The notes under the pieces were generated by a model. That model saw only the letters and a program-made list of their open reading frames with translations, made no database searches and was not told where the DNA came from. Shown here piece after piece: positions 17,814 through 26,315 of a DNA stretch of 64,000 nucleotides (position 1 is the first letter of the stretch; each line of letters begins with the position of its first letter). A program made the translations under genes and the position numbers. The stretch spans positions 11,135 through 75,134 of the forward strand of contig DASZOV010000124.1 of NCBI GenBank assembly GCA_035550595.1. Direction: 5' to 3'. The DNA is from Vicinamibacterales bacterium (GTDB lineage Bacteria; Acidobacteriota; Vicinamibacteria; Vicinamibacterales; SCN-69-37).

Positions 17814-18721
17814 GACGCGCCTCCGCCGGTCGATGCCGATGTCGTGACTGGTTGCGTGTCGCTTGCGCGCGGGACCGAGAAGTTCGCCAGTACGCGATCG
17901 ATCGCCGGTGCATGCGTCGCGATGAACTGATCCAGCGCGCGCCGCAGCACGGCGTCGTCAGCGCGTACGCCCATGGCAATGGCGAACGCAAAGGGCCCAG
18001 CGGATTCGACGGGCTCGAGTCGCAGCGGCGCAGCCGCGCGGCGTGCGAAGAAGCCTGCGATCGGTCCCCACACGACGGCGACGTCGACTCGGCCCGACGC
18101 CACCGCGTCGACGATCGCCCGCGTCGGCGCCGGCTGGTTGTAGTCGCCGTAGACGGGAAATCCTCGAACCTGGCCGGCCAGATGTCTCGTCGCCAACGCC
18201 TCGGCCGCAGGTGGATTGGCGTAGTCGTCGCCAATCAACTGGATGCCGATCGTCAACCGTCGTAGTCGCGGGTCGTCGAACGATCGGATGTCGAGAACGC
18301 GATTGCGCCTCGACACGAAGACGTATGTCGACCGGTAGTACGGGCGCGTCGTCGCGAGTCCGTCGCTCGCCGCCGGCACGCCCATGACGACGTCACAGGT
18401 GCCGGCCTCGAGTGTCCGCCGCAGGAATCCGCGGCGCTGCGGCCACCACGTGTAGATGACGCGACGATGCAGCGCCTGGCCGGCGAGCGAGGCAATCGCG
18501 TTCTCAAAACCTTCTCCGCGCGCATTCGAGAACGGCAGGTTGTTCGGATCCGCACAGACGCGGAGTTCGTCCGCCACTGCGGCGTTCGACGCCTGCGGTC
18601 GCGAGACGACATGCGGCGGCTGACTCGCGGTCACCGCAAGCGTCGGTCGCGCGGCTCCGGTGGCGCTGCACGCGACGGCGGACGTCAGGGTCAAACACAG
18701 GAATCTAGATGCCGAAGACAT
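17810..18721 (-). CDS. xoxJ: MoxJ/XoxJ-like quinoprotein-dehydrogenase-associated periplasmic binding protein
   Basis: LRVCADPNNLPFSN ... YYRSTYVFV ... VDVAVVWGP pattern of the MoxJ family, immediately downstream of the PQQ dehydrogenase. Confidence 0.75.
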   Translation of the reverse strand: MSSASRFLCLTLTSAVACSATGAARPTLAVTASQPPHVVSRPQASNAAVADELRVCADPNNLPFSNARGEGFENAIASLAGQALHRRVIYTWWPQRRGFLRRTLEAGTCDVVMGVPAASDGLATTRPYYRSTYVFVSRRNRVLDIRSFDDPRLRRLTIGIQLIGDDYANPPAAEALATRHLAGQVRGFPVYGDYNQPAPTRAIVDAVASGRVDVAVVWGPIAGFFARRAAAPLRLEPVESAGPFAFAIAMGVRADDAVLRRALDQFIATHAPAIDRVLANFSVPRASDTQPVTTSASTGGGAS

Positions 18722-20546
18722 ACACCACGTCTCCCGGCGCCGTGCGCTTCTTGATGTCTTTCATCGCCCCGACGACGCCGAGCGCCGCGTAGGGGTCATC
18801 GAGCGAAATGCTCGGAAACGCGACAGCGCCCATCCACCCGCCGACACCGGAATACACGGCGACGTACTGTTTGCCGTCCGGACCGAGATACGTCATCGGG
18901 TTGCCGACGATGCCCGAGGCGGTGTGGAACTGCCACAACTGGGCGCCGGTGCGCGCGTCCACGGCGCGGAACCAGCCGTCCATCGTTCCGTAGAAGACGA
19001 CGTCGCCGCCCGTCGCGAGGACGCCGCTGTAGACCGGCAGCACGGTCTCCTTGTCGCCCCACGCTTTGCGCCGGTTCGCGACGTCCCAGGCGACGAGTTC
19101 GCCCTGATAGCCGCCCGGACCGGGAAACATCTTCACGCTCGCACCGAGATAGGGCGTGCCGGCGATGTAGTTGGCGTCGACGCCCTCGTAGTCCATGCAC
19201 GTGTTGTGCGCGGCGATGTAGAGATAGCCCGTGCGTGGCGAGAAGGCCGACGGCACGACCTCCTTCGCGCCGGTCGACGAGGGACAGATGTCCTCGGTCA
19301 CGACGTGCGCGTGCGTCTCCTTGTCCGCGTTCTTGGTCGGCGCACCGGTCGAGAGGTCGTACCCGGATGCCCAATTCGTGGGCTCGAACTCGTCGGCCGA
19401 GAGCACCTCGCCCGTCTCGCGGTCGAGGACGAAGACGAAGCCAGTGCGCCCCGGATGGATGAGCAGCTTGCGCATGCGCCCGCCAACCTGCATGTCGACG
19501 AGGACGTTCTCCATGATCTCGTCGTAGTCCCACGAGTCGTGCGGCACGATCTGATACGCCCATCGCGCCTCGCCGGTGTCGGGATCGCGCGCGATGATCG
19601 AGCACGACCACTTGTTGTCGCCGGGCCGCAGATCCGGATTCCACACGCCTGGGTTGGCGGTGCCGTAGAAGATCAGATTCGTCTCGGGGTCATACGAGAT
19701 CCAGCCCCAGACGGTCGCGCCGCCGAGCTTCCACTGATCGGTTGGCCAGCTCGACACGCCGAGATCCTTGCCCTGATCCTTGGCGTAGAAGGCGTGGAAG
19801 TGCGGTCCAATCTTGACGTCGGCGTCGGGCCCCGTGTTGAACGCGCGCCACAGCTCGCGGCCCGTGCCGAGATCGAGCGCCGCGACATAACCGCGCACGC
19901 CCAACTCGGCGCCCGAGTTGCCAACGATGACCTTGTTGCCGACGACGATGGGCGCGCCGGTCATCGTCTCGCCGACGCCGATCTCGCCGACCTTCGTCCG
20001 CCAGACTTCTTTACCGGTGGCCGCATCGACGGCGACCGTGTGCGCGTCGAGCAGGTTGTAGACGATCTTGCCGTCGGCATAGGCCGCCCCGCGATTGACG
20101 ACGTCGCAGCAGGCGATGCCGACCGCACGTGAATCGGGGTGCGGCTCGTACACCCACTTGATGGCGCCGCCAGGAACGGTGAGGTCGACCGCGATGAGGT
20201 TGTTCGGGTACGGCGTGACGACGTACATCGTGTGGTCGACGACGAGCGGCTGCCCTTCGTGTCCGTGAGGAATCCCCGTGCTGAACGTCGTCGTCGGTCG
20301 CAGGTGCGCGACGTTCGTGGTCGTGATTTGGTCGAGCGGGCTGTAGCGTAGATTGCCCGGATCGCCGGCGGGCGAACGCCATTCGCCGTTCGGCAGATCC
20401 GCCACGAGATGAATGGCGGCGAGCGTGCCTGGAGCCGATGTCGCCGTCGGCGCCTGCTCCGGCGGCGTGGACTGGTGTCGGCTGCAGCCGATCATGGCCG
20501 CTGCGGCCAGTACGCCCACCATCCACACCCTGCCGATCCGTTGCAT
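18705..20546 (-). CDS. xoxF: PQQ-dependent methanol/ethanol-family dehydrogenase, XoxF-like (lanthanide-type signature)
   Basis: Start chosen at MQRIGRVWMVGVLAAAAMIGCS (lipobox). Vicinal Cys GIACCDVVNRG, then GNSGAELGVRG, WGWISYDP and PHDSWDYDE (D-Y-D). Confidence 0.85.
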   Translation of the reverse strand: MQRIGRVWMVGVLAAAAMIGCSRHQSTPPEQAPTATSAPGTLAAIHLVADLPNGEWRSPAGDPGNLRYSPLDQITTTNVAHLRPTTTFSTGIPHGHEGQPLVVDHTMYVVTPYPNNLIAVDLTVPGGAIKWVYEPHPDSRAVGIACCDVVNRGAAYADGKIVYNLLDAHTVAVDAATGKEVWRTKVGEIGVGETMTGAPIVVGNKVIVGNSGAELGVRGYVAALDLGTGRELWRAFNTGPDADVKIGPHFHAFYAKDQGKDLGVSSWPTDQWKLGGATVWGWISYDPETNLIFYGTANPGVWNPDLRPGDNKWSCSIIARDPDTGEARWAYQIVPHDSWDYDEIMENVLVDMQVGGRMRKLLIHPGRTGFVFVLDRETGEVLSADEFEPTNWASGYDLSTGAPTKNADKETHAHVVTEDICPSSTGAKEVVPSAFSPRTGYLYIAAHNTCMDYEGVDANYIAGTPYLGASVKMFPGPGGYQGELVAWDVANRRKAWGDKETVLPVYSGVLATGGDVVFYGTMDGWFRAVDARTGAQLWQFHTASGIVGNPMTYLGPDGKQYVAVYSGVGGWMGAVAFPSISLDDPYAALGVVGAMKDIKKRTAPGDVVYVFGI

Positions 20547-20581
20547 CGCGTCCTCGCTTCCCTTCCGCGCCCGCGCGTGGT

Positions 20582-20980
20582 CTACCGCATTGCCCCGCAC
20601 CCCGACAGCCACACGCTCGACAGTCCGGCCCACACGATGCCAACCGCGAACGCCGCGCTGACGAAAATGCCCGCCGTCACGGCAAAACGCGCCACGCCGG
20701 CCGCCGCCGGCGCAATGTCCCGTCCGATCGCGGCGTCCAAGCGATGCCCTTGCCGCACGCCGACCACGAGCGCGGCGACCGCAACGCCAAGCGCGACGAT
20801 CGACACCGCACCGATGAGGCCGCGCGCCGTGCCGACCGATAGCGGCCGGCACAGCCGTTCGCCGACCCACCAGACGATGAGCCCCTGCGCGATCCATGCG
20901 CAGGGCGCGGCGACAAGAGCGAACCGCAGCGCGGGATGCGCCTGGGACGACACGAGCGGCAGGCGATCGGTGGCGGTCAT
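20582..20980 (-). CDS. Hypothetical small membrane protein (3-4 TM), possibly an accessory oxidase subunit
   Basis: 132 aa, hydrophobic. ATGA overlap with ctaE. Lies 35 nt upstream of xoxF, which has a GGAAG/GAGG-like SD. Confidence 0.5.
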   Translation of the reverse strand: MTATDRLPLVSSQAHPALRFALVAAPCAWIAQGLIVWWVGERLCRPLSVGTARGLIGAVSIVALGVAVAALVVGVRQGHRLDAAIGRDIAPAAAGVARFAVTAGIFVSAAFAVGIVWAGLSSVWLSGCGAMR

Positions 20981-21582
20981 GAGGTGAAATGAGGGACGAC
21001 GTACAGGAGCGCCACGATCAGCACCCAGACGACGTCGACGAAGTGCCAGTAGAGCGCGGCGTTGTGCAGCGGCCGGTGCGGTGGTTTGACGCCTTCACCC
21101 GGCTCCGGCAAGAGGAGCACGTAGACGAGCATCAACACGCCGAGCGTCACGTGCAGGCCGTGAATGCCGGTCAGCGCGTAGAACGTCGACCCGTACGCGT
21201 TCGATGACGGCCGAATGACCTGAAGGCGCTCGTGATATTCGAGTGCCTGCAGACCGAGGAAGGCGAGCCCGCAGAGGACCGTGACCGTGGTTGCAATGCG
21301 GGCGGCCCTACGCTCGCCGCGCCGGAGCCGTCGCTCGCCCCACGCCAAGATGAAGCTGCTCGCCACGAGCACGACGAGCATCAGCAGCGCCAGCGTCAAT
21401 TTCGGCGGCGCATCGCGCCATTCGGGCGAGCCGTAGCCGAGATAGAAGTAGGCGAAGAACAGCATCACGAACAACATCGCTTCGTTCGCGATGAAGAGCG
21501 CCATCGCCGCGGTGCCGCGGCGCGCATCGGGCGCGTACGCAAGTTCGGGTCCGGGAAGCGGCCGTGCCGCGGCGGCGCTCAT
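20977..21582 (-). CDS. ctaE: Cytochrome c oxidase subunit III
   Basis: FIANEAMLFVMLFFAYFYL ... GLHVTLGVLMLVYVL ... YWHFVDVVWV. Start set at the ATG overlapping the ctaD stop (ATGA). Confidence 0.88.
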   Translation of the reverse strand: MSAAAARPLPGPELAYAPDARRGTAAMALFIANEAMLFVMLFFAYFYLGYGSPEWRDAPPKLTLALLMLVVLVASSFILAWGERRLRRGERRAARIATTVTVLCGLAFLGLQALEYHERLQVIRPSSNAYGSTFYALTGIHGLHVTLGVLMLVYVLLLPEPGEGVKPPHRPLHNAALYWHFVDVVWVLIVALLYVVPHFTS

Positions 21583-23423
21583 GCCACTCGCTCCGGCTCT
21601 GGCCACAGCCAGGCCGCCACCGCCCAGAGACTCAGGAGGACGCCCGCCAGAGCCAGCCATAGCAATTCGAACAGCATCGCGGCCGACACGAGCGTGAGCG
21701 CCAGCGCGAGGAACAGCGGCGTCGACGTGTCTTCGGGCATCTTGGCCACGCCCACGACTTCCGCGGTCAGCGGCGAGGTCGAGAGCGTGCCGCGGACGTG
21801 ATCGAGTCGACGCTCGTCGAAGGGATCTTCGCGTTCATCCCAGTCGTCCCAGAGGGGATGGCGGCTCGCGACGAGCGGAATGCGATCGGTGCCGTAGACG
21901 GGCGGCGGCGACGGCATGTCCCATTCGAGCGTGTCGGCGCGCCACGGATTTGCGTCCGATCGCTCGCCGTATCGGTGAACCATCACGACGTTCCACCACG
22001 TCAATAGCAGACCGGCCGCCATGACGTAGGCGCCGACCGTCTCGGTCAGGTTGAGCCCGGTCCATCCGAGACCGGCGCCGTACGTCCACACGCGGCGCGG
22101 CATGCCGAACAGCCCGTTGAAGTGCATCGGAAAGAACGTGACGTTGAATCCGATGAACACGAGCCAGAAACTCCACAGCCCGATCCGTTCGTTCAGGCGC
22201 CAGCCGGTGATCTTCGGCATCCAGTAGTACAAAGCGGCCAGCACGGGAAAGAGATTCGCGCCGATGAGCACGTAGTGCAGGTGCGCGACGACGAAGTACG
22301 TGTCGTGAACCTGCCAGTCGAACGGGACGACGGCCGTCACGATCCCGCTGAGTCCGCCGATGACGAAGATGGCGAGAAAGCCCAATGCGAACCACAGCGA
22401 CGTGGTGCGCACCGGCCGCCCGTGCCACAGCGTCGCAATCCAGGCGAAGACCTGGATGGCGCTGAAGACGGAGATCGTCATCGACGCGGCGCTGAAGACG
22501 CTCATCGCCATCTCGGTCATGCCGATGGCGAACATGTGATGGACCCACACGCCGAACCCGACGAGGCCTGTGAGCACGGTCGCGAGCGCGACGTAGGTGT
22601 AGCCGACGATCGGCCGTCGCGCGAAGACCGGCAGGAGCATCGAGACCATGCCCGTTGCCGGCAGGAAGATGATGTAGACCCAGGGATGTCCGAAGAACCA
22701 GAACAACTGCTGCCACAAGATCACGCTGCCGCCGCGTGACGTGTCGAAGAAGTGCGTGCCCCAGCGGCGATCCGCCTCGAGCATCAGGCACGCGGCCGTC
22801 AGGCCCGGTAGCGCGAACAGGACGGACACCGACACCGTCAAGGTGCTGTACATGACGAGCGGCATGCGCGTAATCGTCATGCCCGGCGCGCGGAGCTGCA
22901 GGATCGTCACGATGAAGTTCACCGCGCCCACCGTTGTCGATACCGTGAGCAGGAGCAGCGCGATGGCGTAGAAGTCCATGTTCAGGCCCGGCGAGTACAC
23001 CTGATTCGTATAGGGCACGTAGGCGAACCAGCCGCCGTTCGGCGCCTGGCCGAGCCATGGACTGACGTAGAGAAAGGCGCCGGAGAACAGAAACGTCCAG
23101 TAGCTGAAAGCGTTCAGTCGCGGGAACGCCATGTCACGCGATCCGGCCAGCAGCGGAATGAGGTAGTTGCCGAAGCCCGAGAGAATCGGCGACGCGTACC
23201 AGAAGATCATCGTGATGCCGTGCAGGCTGAAGATCTGATCGTAGGCCTCCGGCGTCAGCACATGTCCGTTCGGCAGCGCGAGTTGCGTGCGGATGATGAG
23301 CGCTTCGACACCGCCGATGAAGAGGAAGATGGCGGCGGTGACGATGTAGCGGCGGCCGATATCTTTGTGGTCGACGGTCGCGAGCCAGCCGCGCCAGGTA
23401 TGAGGCCGCTCCCAAAGCGACAT
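21579..23423 (-). CDS. ctaD: Cytochrome c oxidase subunit I (heme-copper oxidase), with hydrophobic C-terminal extension
   Basis: WLATVDHKDIGRRY, HGITMIFW, WFFGHPWVYI and HHMF...HFHYVL-type motifs. Start set at MSLWERPHTW. Confidence 0.93.
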   Translation of the reverse strand: MSLWERPHTWRGWLATVDHKDIGRRYIVTAAIFLFIGGVEALIIRTQLALPNGHVLTPEAYDQIFSLHGITMIFWYASPILSGFGNYLIPLLAGSRDMAFPRLNAFSYWTFLFSGAFLYVSPWLGQAPNGGWFAYVPYTNQVYSPGLNMDFYAIALLLLTVSTTVGAVNFIVTILQLRAPGMTITRMPLVMYSTLTVSVSVLFALPGLTAACLMLEADRRWGTHFFDTSRGGSVILWQQLFWFFGHPWVYIIFLPATGMVSMLLPVFARRPIVGYTYVALATVLTGLVGFGVWVHHMFAIGMTEMAMSVFSAASMTISVFSAIQVFAWIATLWHGRPVRTTSLWFALGFLAIFVIGGLSGIVTAVVPFDWQVHDTYFVVAHLHYVLIGANLFPVLAALYYWMPKITGWRLNERIGLWSFWLVFIGFNVTFFPMHFNGLFGMPRRVWTYGAGLGWTGLNLTETVGAYVMAAGLLLTWWNVVMVHRYGERSDANPWRADTLEWDMPSPPPVYGTDRIPLVASRHPLWDDWDEREDPFDERRLDHVRGTLSTSPLTAEVVGVAKMPEDTSTPLFLALALTLVSAAMLFELLWLALAGVLLSLWAVAAWLWPEPERVA

Positions 23424-23619
23424 GAGACGAGCTTCGACGTTAGTCACACATGGCAGGCCGGCATCCGGAGAATCGTGCAATTGGAATACCAGCACAGCAT
23501 CCGGCGGACCGCCGCGCGTGCGATCGACGCCGGCGATGAGGTGCTGAGACTGAGCACGGCGCCGCCCAACCGCAGCACTCACCCGTGGGCACGGGCGAAG
23601 CGCTGATCTGAACGCTATA

Positions 23620-25200
23620 ATGACGACGCGTTCCCCCGAGTCGCTCTGCTGTCACGCCATGCCGCTCAAGGCCGCGCCACTCCTCGCGGCGATCGTCGAG
23701 TCGTCCGACGATGCCATCGTGACCAAGGATCTGAACGGCACGACCACGAGCTGGAACGCGGCCGCGACGCGGCTGTTCGGCTACACCGCTCCGGAGATCA
23801 TCGGCCGCGACATCCGCGTCATCATTCCGCACGAACGGCTCGACGAAGAGGAGTTCGTCCTCGGCCGCGTGCGCAACGGGCTCAGCGTCAATCATTTCGA
23901 AACGGTGCGTCTTCGCAAGGACGGGACGTCGATCGACGTCTCGATCACGGTCTCGCCGGTTCGCGATCGCCGCGGCCGGATCATCGGCGTCTCGAAGATC
24001 GCCCGCGACATCAGCGGCCTCAAGCGCGCGCTCGAGGACGCGCGCCGCGCCAATCAGCTCAAGGACGAGTTCCTCGCCATCCTCTCGCACGAGTTGCGCA
24101 CGCCGTTGAACGCCATCATGGGGTGGGCGGGCTTGCTCGCGACGTCCGCCCCGGACGCGATGACGCGCCGCGCGGCCAGCATCATCCAGCGCAACACGCA
24201 CGCGCAGGCCCGGCTCGTCGACGACCTGCTCGACGTCTCGCGCATCGTGTCCGGCACGCTGGTGCTCGCGCGTGAGCCGGCGGATCTCCGCGATCTGGCC
24301 TCCGCCGCCATCGAAGACATGCGCCCGCTCGCCGCGGCCAAATCCGTCGAGCTACGGCTGGTCGGTGACACTGATGGCCAACCGGCAACGGTCTGCGGAG
24401 ATGCCGCGCGGCTGCAGCAGATCATCTGGAACCTGCTCTCGAACGCGGTCAAGTTCACGCCGCCGCGCGGGCACGTGGTCGTGACGATCCGGCGCGACGC
24501 GGAGACGGTCGAACTCATGGTGGCCGACAGCGGTCAAGGCATTGCGCCAGCGTTCCTGCCGCACGTCTTCGATCGGTTCCGCCAAGGCGATGCCTCGACG
24601 ACGCGTGAGCACGATGGCCTCGGGTTGGGCCTCAACATCGCCGCCGAGCTCACGGCCGCGCACGGAGGCACGATTGCGGTCGACAGCGAGGGCATCGACC
24701 GCGGTGCGACGTTCACCGTCCGGCTGCCCGCGGCGCCCGCACTCGCGCAGCCGGCGGCCGCCGCCGATCCAGCAGCGGCGTGCGACGCCCGACTCGACGG
24801 CATGCGCGTGCTCGTCGTCGACGACGAGCCGGACGCGGCGAGCGCCCTGGCACTGGCGCTCGAACGTCGCGGCGCCGAGGTGACGACGTGTACGAGTGCG
24901 GCCGATGCCCTTGCGGCGATCGAGACCGACAAGGTCGACGTGCTCCTGGCTGATATCGGCATGCCGCGGATGGACGGCTACGAGCTGATGCAGCGCATCC
25001 GGTCATCCCTGCCGCGCCAACGCTGGCCGATCGCCGCGATTGCCGTGACGGCCTACGCGGGTGCCACGGTACGCGCGCGCGTCTTCGAGGCAGGCTTCGA
25101 CGCGCACGTCCAGAAACCCACGCTGCCCGAGCGCGTCATCGCCGTGGTCGCGCAGACTCTGGCGACGCGCACGAGTGCCCATGAGCGGAGCGCGCCATGA
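23620..25200 (+). CDS. Soluble PAS-domain hybrid sensor histidine kinase / response regulator
   Basis: PAS (IVTKDLNGTTTSWNAAATRLFGY), H-box LSHELRTPLN, N/G boxes, receiver (VLVVDDEPD...DIGMPRMDG). No TM segment. An alternative start exists at about 23659. Confidence 0.88.
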   Translation: MTTRSPESLCCHAMPLKAAPLLAAIVESSDDAIVTKDLNGTTTSWNAAATRLFGYTAPEIIGRDIRVIIPHERLDEEEFVLGRVRNGLSVNHFETVRLRKDGTSIDVSITVSPVRDRRGRIIGVSKIARDISGLKRALEDARRANQLKDEFLAILSHELRTPLNAIMGWAGLLATSAPDAMTRRAASIIQRNTHAQARLVDDLLDVSRIVSGTLVLAREPADLRDLASAAIEDMRPLAAAKSVELRLVGDTDGQPATVCGDAARLQQIIWNLLSNAVKFTPPRGHVVVTIRRDAETVELMVADSGQGIAPAFLPHVFDRFRQGDASTTREHDGLGLGLNIAAELTAAHGGTIAVDSEGIDRGATFTVRLPAAPALAQPAAAADPAAACDARLDGMRVLVVDDEPDAASALALALERRGAEVTTCTSAADALAAIETDKVDVLLADIGMPRMDGYELMQRIRSSLPRQRWPIAAIAVTAYAGATVRARVFEAGFDAHVQKPTLPERVIAVVAQTLATRTSAHERSAP

Positions 25201-25649
25201 CACGAGCTCATCGCCAGGCCCGGCATACGTTCTTCGCGGCGCATGGCCTGACGATCGTCGTCGCCGCACTCGTCGGCGCGTGGATCGCCCTGTATGCCGC
25301 GAGCGACGACCAGACGCACGCCGGTGCGTTCTTCGGCAACTGCATCGGCGACTGGCTCGGCGTGCTCGCCATCGTCGTCGTTACGAAATACTTTCGCGAG
25401 GCGCACACGCCCGAAAGCCGTCCGGCGTCGCCGGGCGCCGGCGGTCCACTCTGGCGTGCGCTGCGCGCGCATTCGCTGACGATCGTGCTCGTCGCCACCT
25501 GGATGGTCTGGATCGCGCTTTACACTCGCGCGTCCCCGACCAGTCGATCGGGACAGGTCTACGCCAACATCACGTCGGAATGGGGCCAGCTCGTCGGTCT
25601 GGTCGTGCTGACGAAGTACTTCCGTGAGCGCGGTTCGAAAGACGACTGA
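25197..25649 (+). CDS. Small membrane protein with internal two-fold repeat
   Basis: Each half ends in V(V/L)TKYFRE. ATGA overlap with the kinase stop. Confidence 0.55.
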   Translation: MTRAHRQARHTFFAAHGLTIVVAALVGAWIALYAASDDQTHAGAFFGNCIGDWLGVLAIVVVTKYFREAHTPESRPASPGAGGPLWRALRAHSLTIVLVATWMVWIALYTRASPTSRSGQVYANITSEWGQLVGLVVLTKYFRERGSKDD

Positions 25650-25661
25650 CCCCGACCGCGC

Positions 25662-26237
25662 CTAGGTGCCGAGCTTCCGCGCCAGGGCTTGCGCGCGCGA
25701 AAGGTGATCCTGGAGCGTCGGCAGCGTCCGGCTGGCGAAATCTTTGACCTGGCCGTCTGCGCCTTTCGACGCCGTCGTGAACGCGGCGATCGCCTTTTCG
25801 TGATCGCGCACCATCTGCTGGATGTACGCGCGATCAAACGCCTGTCCCGACAAGCCCTCGAGCTGCCGCTCGACATCCTGCTGCGCCGGCGACGGGTCCG
25901 ACACCGTGACGTTCATCTGCCGTGCGATGGTTTCGAGCTCGGCGTTCGCCTTCTCGTGGTCCCGGTGAAGCCGGTCGGCGTACGCCTTGACCTCCGGACT
26001 CTGCGCTTTGGTCGCCGCCAGTTCCGCGAGCGCGACTTCCGCCCGCCCATCCTGGCCCGCGACGCGAAGAAATCCACGGCTGTCGGGCGAGGCCTGCGAC
26101 GCGTTCTCCTGCGGATTCCCGCCGTTCGCGTCGGTCGCTGACGGTGACGGTGACGTGTTCGTCTGTGCGGCGGCCGGTCCGGCCAATGCGAGCGCGATGG
26201 CCACAGCACCGACGCTTGCGAGCATGTGCTTCCTCAT
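25662..26237 (-). CDS. Secreted DUF4142 domain protein
   Basis: Start at MRKHMLASVGAVAIALALAGPAAA. Duplicated DHEKA motif (HRDHEKANAEL / VRDHEKAIAAF). Confidence 0.75.
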   Translation of the reverse strand: MRKHMLASVGAVAIALALAGPAAAQTNTSPSPSATDANGGNPQENASQASPDSRGFLRVAGQDGRAEVALAELAATKAQSPEVKAYADRLHRDHEKANAELETIARQMNVTVSDPSPAQQDVERQLEGLSGQAFDRAYIQQMVRDHEKAIAAFTTASKGADGQVKDFASRTLPTLQDHLSRAQALARKLGT

Positions 26238-26315
26238 GATGGGGATCTCCTTGGACTCTTGCTGGAGAATGCCCCCAAGGGTGCAATGCCAGTGCCACGC
26301 GCGCGTCACGCGGTA

